A stretch of DNA of 64,000 bases, taken from a bacterium (GTDB lineage: Bacteria; SZUA-182; DTGQ01). Position 1 is the stretch's first letter. Each line of letters opens with the position of its first letter. A program made the position numbers and the translations under genes. The stretch spans positions 2,246-66,245 of the forward strand of contig JAILZY010000010.1 in the NCBI GenBank assembly GCA_023512255.1, given 5' to 3'. This document shows positions 57,988 to 64,000 of the stretch, one piece after another. Below the pieces are notes generated by a model that was not told where the DNA came from, made no database searches, and was given only the letters and a program-made list of their open reading frames with translations.

Positions 57988-60351
57988 ATGAGGGAAACAG
58001 GAAAAAGGGTATGGTTATTAACCTTTATCATGGCTGCTATTTTGCCGCTGATAGGAAGTGGGTTGGTCATAGCTCAGAATTCTCCACCGGTCTATAATCT
58101 GCCTCCTCAGCTATCCCAGCAGACCACTGTGCCTATTCACTTGCCGAATTATAACGATCCCACCGATCCCACAGGTGGTGATATCTTGATCGACAATTTC
58201 GAATACTGGGATGAGCCTAAAAATCATGGCTGGACTGTGGGAGAGCCACCATATCCAGTATGGGGATATGGCATCGGCTATGGGCAGATGCTGACAGTTT
58301 TGGATTTTCAAGAGGGGAGCCGAGTACTGGATATTTATCGGCCAGTTTCCACATTTCTGCCGTTCAATGAACCTCCGCTATCAGATCCTCAAGGGGATAA
58401 GTTTAGGTATATGCCCTATACGATCATAAGAAAGTGCAATATTGATTTTACTCAGGTTGGCCCACATCCCCTGCTGAGCTTCAAGGTTAGGGCTCCTCTG
58501 GCGGTAGAAATGTTTGACACCTTCCGGTTTATCGTTGATGTAGTAACCACAACTGACCCTGCGGTCAACCCTTGTGGTGATCCTTGCAATCCTGGTGCTA
58601 CGGCTGGTTTTGCCCGGATTGTTTTTATCCCCAGGGAAAAAAGCATTGGCTGCGATATCTCCGCCTTGGATAGCATAACCCCCAAAAGCCCGGTTATTGA
58701 TGGTGGAAATTGCAGACAAAGCCCCTGCAACAATCCACAGCCTGATATTATTGAAGTGTATCTAGGGAGAGAATTCCAGGATGGAAGCTGGCATTTAGTG
58801 ATCCAGGATCTTCAGGCCATTCTTGACCGTTATGTCAGCAATAGCGCTACTCCAGAATACATAGCCGCGATTAGGCAGATTATGATCCGGGGGAATCAAT
58901 ACCGGCTGGATGATATCACTTTTAGTCGGGGAAGCACTCTTGGCCTAGGCTGCCCCTATCTCTTTAAAACCGGCCCATTTTTTGTCCAGTTGTTTGTGCC
59001 AACGGAAAAGCTTGTTTTTGCTGAAGACCACGTGGGTAATATTTACGATGTTATCACTAACCCTGATGAAATTGCCCGAGCTTATGCTAAAGATTCGCGA
59101 GATGGTTTTGCCCCGGCCAGTATTTACGGATCTGCTGGCGATTGGACCGATCCTGATCCTGACAATTGGACCCCGGCTGACCTTCAGACTGCTAAGACGC
59201 GGGTCACGGCCGCGGGTCTCAATCTGAATAGCCCAATTCTGGCCAATGAGGGGATGAGGAGAGCAAATTCCCCCGGTCATCGAGAAGATATGCTTCGCTT
59301 TGACGCCTTCGTCGGCGGCGGAGCGGCTTCCGGCGCTTACTCTCCAATAATGATTGCCCATCTGCCGGTTGATCTTAATGATAATCGCCCCCTCTTTTTA
59401 CCCATCTATTATCGTCTGCTGGATGAAAGCGGTGAGTGGAGTGAAGATTGCTGCGTAGAGGGCGATGAATGCGTGCCACGGGTGCCTCATGAAATGGGCC
59501 CGCCTCATTGCTCTGAAGGGAATCACTTTTATCCGCTTGAGCGAGTTCAGCTCATTGAGCAAGCCCTGCAGAATGCCGGCTATACCCATTGGCCGAATGT
59601 CGCGGTCATGCGATTTCTGCCTCAATACCTGGAAGACCTGATCGTTACCGTAGAGGTAAGTAATGGTTTGACTAAGGATATTGAAACCTTCCCGGTGTCT
59701 GTAGTCAACTACCCGGTGGAGAATTATCCTCCCATCATGGAAGACCTGGATGATCAAATCGCCTATGTGGGGGAGGTTTTCAGATACGCTCTTACGGCTC
59801 TTGACCCAGATAGTTATCTTTATTCAGCCACTCATCCCAAACCGGATCAATATACCTTAACCTGGAGAGCTTACATTGCTGGCTCCCCCGATTATCGATA
59901 CGGTCCGTGGTCAGAGACGCTAATCAATCCACATACTGGGGTAATTAGCTTTGTTCCACAGTTTGAAGGGGTTTATCCGATAGTAGTTCAAGTTACAGAT
60001 TCGAGAGGTTTTTCTAGTATTAATGAATTTAGTGTCTATTGCGTCAATCGGGGAACATGGCTGAACCATCCGCCAGTTATGCTTGGTGATTGGGATCATC
60101 CGCAGGTCTGCCGTGCTGGCGAGCTGCTTATCCTGGATTCTGAGATCGATGTTCAGGATCCTGATGGCGATAAGGTGTATTTATCCTGCAACATAGGCTC
60201 TATCGGCAAAGATTCTGAGGGCAATGTGTTCTGGACATTCCAGACTCAGTTCCCCGGCTTCTATGTAGTTGAGATTTTCGCTATGGATGCTCGCGGGGCC
60301 TTTACGGTATTCACTATTGATCTTGAGGTCAGACCTTGGTGGTCGCTCTAA
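57988..60351 (+). CDS. Large secreted protein with a CBM-like N-region and C-terminal Ig/cadherin-like domains
   Basis: AAGGAG/AAGGA RBS; signal peptide; IDNFEY...YRLDDITF; N.PP......Q.A.VG..F.Y...A.DPD and NHPP...QDPDGD repeats; ends PWWSL. Confidence 0.75.
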   Translation: MRETGKRVWLLTFIMAAILPLIGSGLVIAQNSPPVYNLPPQLSQQTTVPIHLPNYNDPTDPTGGDILIDNFEYWDEPKNHGWTVGEPPYPVWGYGIGYGQMLTVLDFQEGSRVLDIYRPVSTFLPFNEPPLSDPQGDKFRYMPYTIIRKCNIDFTQVGPHPLLSFKVRAPLAVEMFDTFRFIVDVVTTTDPAVNPCGDPCNPGATAGFARIVFIPREKSIGCDISALDSITPKSPVIDGGNCRQSPCNNPQPDIIEVYLGREFQDGSWHLVIQDLQAILDRYVSNSATPEYIAAIRQIMIRGNQYRLDDITFSRGSTLGLGCPYLFKTGPFFVQLFVPTEKLVFAEDHVGNIYDVITNPDEIARAYAKDSRDGFAPASIYGSAGDWTDPDPDNWTPADLQTAKTRVTAAGLNLNSPILANEGMRRANSPGHREDMLRFDAFVGGGAASGAYSPIMIAHLPVDLNDNRPLFLPIYYRLLDESGEWSEDCCVEGDECVPRVPHEMGPPHCSEGNHFYPLERVQLIEQALQNAGYTHWPNVAVMRFLPQYLEDLIVTVEVSNGLTKDIETFPVSVVNYPVENYPPIMEDLDDQIAYVGEVFRYALTALDPDSYLYSATHPKPDQYTLTWRAYIAGSPDYRYGPWSETLINPHTGVISFVPQFEGVYPIVVQVTDSRGFSSINEFSVYCVNRGTWLNHPPVMLGDWDHPQVCRAGELLILDSEIDVQDPDGDKVYLSCNIGSIGKDSEGNVFWTFQTQFPGFYVVEIFAMDARGAFTVFTIDLEVRPWWSL

Positions 60352-60361
60352 GTTAGAGATT

Positions 60362-60407
60362 AGGCTTTGGATCGGTAAATTCGAATTTCCCGATCCATTA
60401 AAAGCCT
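60362..60407 (+). terminator. Hairpin after the secreted-protein gene
   Basis: aggctttggatcgg.aaattcgaattt.ccgatcca...aaagcct. Confidence 0.5.
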
Positions 60408-60860
60408 TGTGGCTTTGTACCTAACCCAAGGGAGGGGAGCTTTTCTCCTTTCTCCAAGCCGCATGGAGGAATACTTCCACCTCCATGCGAAGCCTCCCTT
60501 CCATATCACGGGAGGGGCAGTAACCTTGCTTCCTCAAAGCTGCCCCTCCCGTGTAGTTTTTTATTGGGGTTCTCCCTTTCACTATGCTTTTGTTGTCTGC
60601 CTCACCATGTCTGCTTTTTCATGTCTGCCTTTTTTATCTTTCTTACAGAATGTTTTTATGTTTCCCTTGACTGAACCTTATGCCAGAGCGAATGCTTGAT
60701 TGCATTTTAAAATCAATCAGTTAACTTTCACAAAATGTGTGAGTTAATATTCTGGATTTTGGAATATAAAGCTTTTCAGGTGTTCGCTCTGTATTCAGGC
60801 TGAAACAATCTGGTGAGAGATGAGAAAGTTACCGAAAAGGATGTAAGAGGGGGAAACATT

Positions 60861-61634
60861 ATGAAGATTCAAGTTTTGGGATGCTGTGGAGGGCGTCTGC
60901 CTGGCTTTTATACCAGCGGTTTCTTACTTAATGACCACCTTCTCCTTGATGCGGGAGAGATCGGAGGGGTATTAAAAGTTGAAGATCAATGCCATATTAC
61001 TGATATTTTGCTCACCCATGCTCACCTAGATCATATTGTCGGGCTTCCCTTTCTTGGCGATACCATTTTCGGGCAGATCCGCAAGCCTATCTCTATCATC
61101 GGGCTTCAGGAGGTGCTCGATAGCCTCCATCATTATGTATTCAACGACCAGATTTGGCCAGACTTTACCCGGCTGCCTGCCGCTCAGGGAGAGCCGGTTT
61201 TTCGCCTGCAACTTGTTCAGCTCGGCACAGTCTGCTCCGTTGCTGAGTTTGAAGTTATCCCCTTTCCTGTGCGTCATACTGTCTCAAGCGCTGGTTACCT
61301 TATTCGCCAGCAGGAAACTACGATTCTCTATTCTGGTGATACTGGCAGTCTTCAAGAGGTCATTCAGGTGATCAGAAGGAGTGAAAAACTCGCCGCAGCC
61401 TTTATTGAAACCTCTTTCCCAAACCGATTAAGGAACCTGGCTGAAGAAACAGGCCACCTTATTCCGAAAGCTCTCGACAAACTTCTGTCCGAACTCGATC
61501 CTCAGACTCAGGTCTTTCTCTTTGGCATGAAGCCGCAATATCTTGAAGAAATCAGTGCCGAGTGTCAGGCCATGCAGTCGAGGGCTAGAATACTGAAGCA
61601 GGGCGAGATTTTGTACCTGGGTGAAAATCCATAA
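60861..61634 (+). CDS. Class II cAMP phosphodiesterase / metallo-beta-lactamase fold
   Basis: Motifs MKIQVLGC.GG, LLDAG, THAHLDHI, FND.IWPDF, HTV, YSGDTG, ETSFPN and GHL.P. Confidence 0.85.
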   Translation: MKIQVLGCCGGRLPGFYTSGFLLNDHLLLDAGEIGGVLKVEDQCHITDILLTHAHLDHIVGLPFLGDTIFGQIRKPISIIGLQEVLDSLHHYVFNDQIWPDFTRLPAAQGEPVFRLQLVQLGTVCSVAEFEVIPFPVRHTVSSAGYLIRQQETTILYSGDTGSLQEVIQVIRRSEKLAAAFIETSFPNRLRNLAEETGHLIPKALDKLLSELDPQTQVFLFGMKPQYLEEISAECQAMQSRARILKQGEILYLGENP

Positions 61635-61642
61635 ACCAGAAT

Positions 61643-63880
61643 ATGAGCGGAAGAAAAACTCTGTGCTGGGGATTCATTATTAGCCTTTCAATCAGCCTTG
61701 GCATGATTGGGCTCTATTTGAGGCATCCGCGGTTTTTGGAAGTTATTGAGCTGAAAGTGTTTGATCTGCGTTTTCGCTGGCGAGGGTGTATCCGTCCAGG
61801 GGCTGAGGTGGTCATTGCCGCTATAGACCAAAAGAGCATTGATGAGCTTGGCAGATGGCCCTGGCCACGGGCCAGAATGAGGTCCCTGGTTGAAGAGCTC
61901 AAAAGGAGTGGAGCCAAGATTGTGGCTTTTGATATCACCTTCCCCTCACCAGAGCAGGATCCGCTCTCGGCTGAAGAGTATGCCCTTGAGCTGATCAGGA
62001 ATATTGTCGATCTTCCGCTCGATCGGCAGAAGATCAGAAAGGCCTTGAGCCACCTTAATCCAGAGCGGGATTTTAGTCTGGCTCTTCAGAAAGCAGGCAA
62101 TGTTATTTTGGGCATGTTTTTCTTCCTCTCTCCCCAAGAGGTGCCAGAAGGAAAGAGGCTTCGGCCTATGCCCCCCTTTTTGTCTTCACAGCGCTATCCT
62201 CTGGTTCAGCAACCACAAAGCCCATCGGCTTCAGCCAGCCTGGTTCCTCGAGGCTATGGCTTTGAAGCTAGCCTTGATATCCTGGCTAGTTCTGCTTTGG
62301 CCAATGGGTGTTTTAACCTGTATCCAGACTTTGATGGCACGATTCGTTGGGCTCCCTTGATCATCGAATATCAGGGAAATTATTATCCTTCGCTGGACAT
62401 TCAGGTCATCAAGCATTACTGGGATTTGGGGAGAGATTCCATCCTGGTCCAAATGGGAGATCGGGGAGTAGAGAGCCTGCTCATCGAAGGCATTCCCATT
62501 CCAGTTGACGCCCGCGGGCATCTGCTCATTAACTACCGCGGACCGCACGATACCTTTGCCCACTACAGCGTAAGCGATATTCTGGCCCGGCGCATACCGG
62601 TTGAAACCTTTCGGGATAAGATCGTTCTGGTTGGAACTACTGCTGTGGGTATCTATGATCTTCGCTATACGCCGTATAAGATCATGTCTGGGGTTGAAAT
62701 CCATGCCAACATCCTGGATAGCCTGCTCCATCTCGATTTTCTCTCCCTGCCTAGGCATTATTTTCTGGCTGATGTTGGAATTTTATTGGCTTTTGGCCTG
62801 CTGCTGAGTCTTTTTCTTCCCCTTGCTCGGCCCCTTGTGGGTTTAGGGCTGACGGCTGCCCTGCTCACAGGCTATGCCGCTTTCAGCCAGTATCTTTTCA
62901 CTGTCCGTGGGGTATGGATCAATCTGGTCTATCCGCTCGCCCAAATCATGATTATCTTTACCATGATTAGCCTTTATCGCTACGCAACTGAGGAGCGAGA
63001 AAAGAGGAGGATTAAAAACTCATTCGAGCGATATCTTGCCCCTGCTCTGGTTCGAGAGCTAATCCGAAATCCTCAGATGCTGAGTCTTGGTGGAGAGCGG
63101 AAGTTTTTGACTGTTCTTTTTTCCGATATCAGGGGGTTTACCTCTATCTCCGAACAGCTTAAGCCCGAAGCCTTAGTTTCATTTTTAAACGAATATATGA
63201 GCACGATGTCCGGCATTATCTTGCATTATTCGGGATTTTTGGACAAATTCATCGGTGATGCTATTATGGCCGTCTACTGTGCACCGATCAGTCGGCAAGA
63301 TCATGCTCTCCTGGCCTGCCAGACAGCGCTCGATATGCGGGCCGCCCTGGCTAAGATTAATCTTCGATTTCAAGAGAAAAATTTCCCGCAGATCAGAATT
63401 GGCATAGGCATTAATTCCGGGGAGATGATTGTCGGCAATATGGGCTCTCGAGAGCGTATGGATTATACGGTGCTCGGAGATAATGTCAATCTGGCCTCGC
63501 GGCTTGAGGGAATTACTAAGGTCTATGGGGTTGATGTGGTGATAAGTGAATTCACCTATCAGCTTGTGCGAGAGGAATTCATCGCTCGGGAGCTTGACAG
63601 AGTGCGGGTTAAGGGAAAAACGCAACCGGTAAAGATCTACGAATTGATGGCCAGAAGACAAGAGGCCGCACAGCTTGAATCATTGCTGAATAGTTATAAT
63701 CAAGGGCTCAGGGCCTACCAGGATCAGCAGTGGGAGGAAGGAATTAGGAGATTTCAGCAGGCTTTGCAAATCTGCCCCACTGACGGTCCGTCAAAATACT
63801 ATCTTGACCGCTGCCGGCAATATCAGTGTTCTCCCCCTGTTTCTGACTGGGATGGTGTGCTTACCCTGACGGCAAAGTAG
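61643..63880 (+). CDS. CHASE2-domain class III adenylate/guanylate cyclase with C-terminal TPR
   Basis: CHASE2 motifs IDQKSIDELGRWPWPR and GVEIHAN; 3 TM helices; cyclase motifs LFSDIRGFT, DKFIGDAIMA, GNMGS..RMDYTVLGDNVNLASRLEG and VKGK. Confidence 0.93.
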   Translation: MSGRKTLCWGFIISLSISLGMIGLYLRHPRFLEVIELKVFDLRFRWRGCIRPGAEVVIAAIDQKSIDELGRWPWPRARMRSLVEELKRSGAKIVAFDITFPSPEQDPLSAEEYALELIRNIVDLPLDRQKIRKALSHLNPERDFSLALQKAGNVILGMFFFLSPQEVPEGKRLRPMPPFLSSQRYPLVQQPQSPSASASLVPRGYGFEASLDILASSALANGCFNLYPDFDGTIRWAPLIIEYQGNYYPSLDIQVIKHYWDLGRDSILVQMGDRGVESLLIEGIPIPVDARGHLLINYRGPHDTFAHYSVSDILARRIPVETFRDKIVLVGTTAVGIYDLRYTPYKIMSGVEIHANILDSLLHLDFLSLPRHYFLADVGILLAFGLLLSLFLPLARPLVGLGLTAALLTGYAAFSQYLFTVRGVWINLVYPLAQIMIIFTMISLYRYATEEREKRRIKNSFERYLAPALVRELIRNPQMLSLGGERKFLTVLFSDIRGFTSISEQLKPEALVSFLNEYMSTMSGIILHYSGFLDKFIGDAIMAVYCAPISRQDHALLACQTALDMRAALAKINLRFQEKNFPQIRIGIGINSGEMIVGNMGSRERMDYTVLGDNVNLASRLEGITKVYGVDVVISEFTYQLVREEFIARELDRVRVKGKTQPVKIYELMARRQEAAQLESLLNSYNQGLRAYQDQQWEEGIRRFQQALQICPTDGPSKYYLDRCRQYQCSPPVSDWDGVLTLTAK

Positions 63881-63882
63881 AT

Positions 63883-63947
63883 AAGGGGAAAACCCTTTTG
63901 AAAAAGGGTTTTCCCCTTTTCACCCCTTTCCTAAAACTTTTAATAAC
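63883..63947 (-). repeat. Repeat family A unit
   Basis: aaggggaaaacccttttgaaaaagggttttccccttttcacccctttcctaaaacttttaataac, 2 bp after the cyclase stop. Confidence 0.9.
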
Positions 63948-64000
63948 TAAACCTTTAATAACCCTGGGGGAATATATGACTAGGGAAAAGTTTAAAGTTT

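Noticed and set aside
60409..60699. 96-aa hydrophobic ORF after the secreted-protein gene
   Set aside because: No RBS or motif; it starts at the edge of a hairpin in pyrimidine-rich, probably non-coding sequence.

Overview
A bacterial chromosomal window (about 45-50% GC) from what looks like an uncultured anaerobe; the taxonomy cannot be read from the sequence. The left part (0-20 kb) carries several genes of types more typical of archaea (a FAU-1-like RNase, a minimal SufC/SufB (Sms) Fe-S pair, an archaeal-type SAM synthetase), plus rtcA, treS-maltokinase/glgB, nfi, a divergent orphan IF-2 and hisC-B-H-A-F. The centre (21-41 kb) is a sigma-54-rich extracellular-protein locus around a GAF/AAA+ activator. 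On the minus strand it has two paralogous NHL-propeller + 14-heme OmcE-like cytochrome cassettes and a large surface protein with a Trp/Tyr/Ser-rich tail. On the plus strand it has a 41-aa membrane peptide and a ~2040-aa secreted protein with about 39 tandem di-cysteine units (26 WCxPCP, 13 CCP), two cohesin-like domains and a dockerin. This locus is the best candidate for an undescribed system. The right part holds sulfatase-TPR, ytfI/ytfJ-like genes, prs, fbaB, a nucleotidyltransferase/metallophosphoesterase pair, a second sigma-54-preceded secreted protein and a cAMP phosphodiesterase/CHASE2 cyclase pair. At least three families of small palindromic intergenic elements and many 10-20 bp tandem microduplications are present. 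I saw no rRNA, tRNA, CRISPR array or intact transposase. All family calls come from motif recognition by eye, not from database searches.
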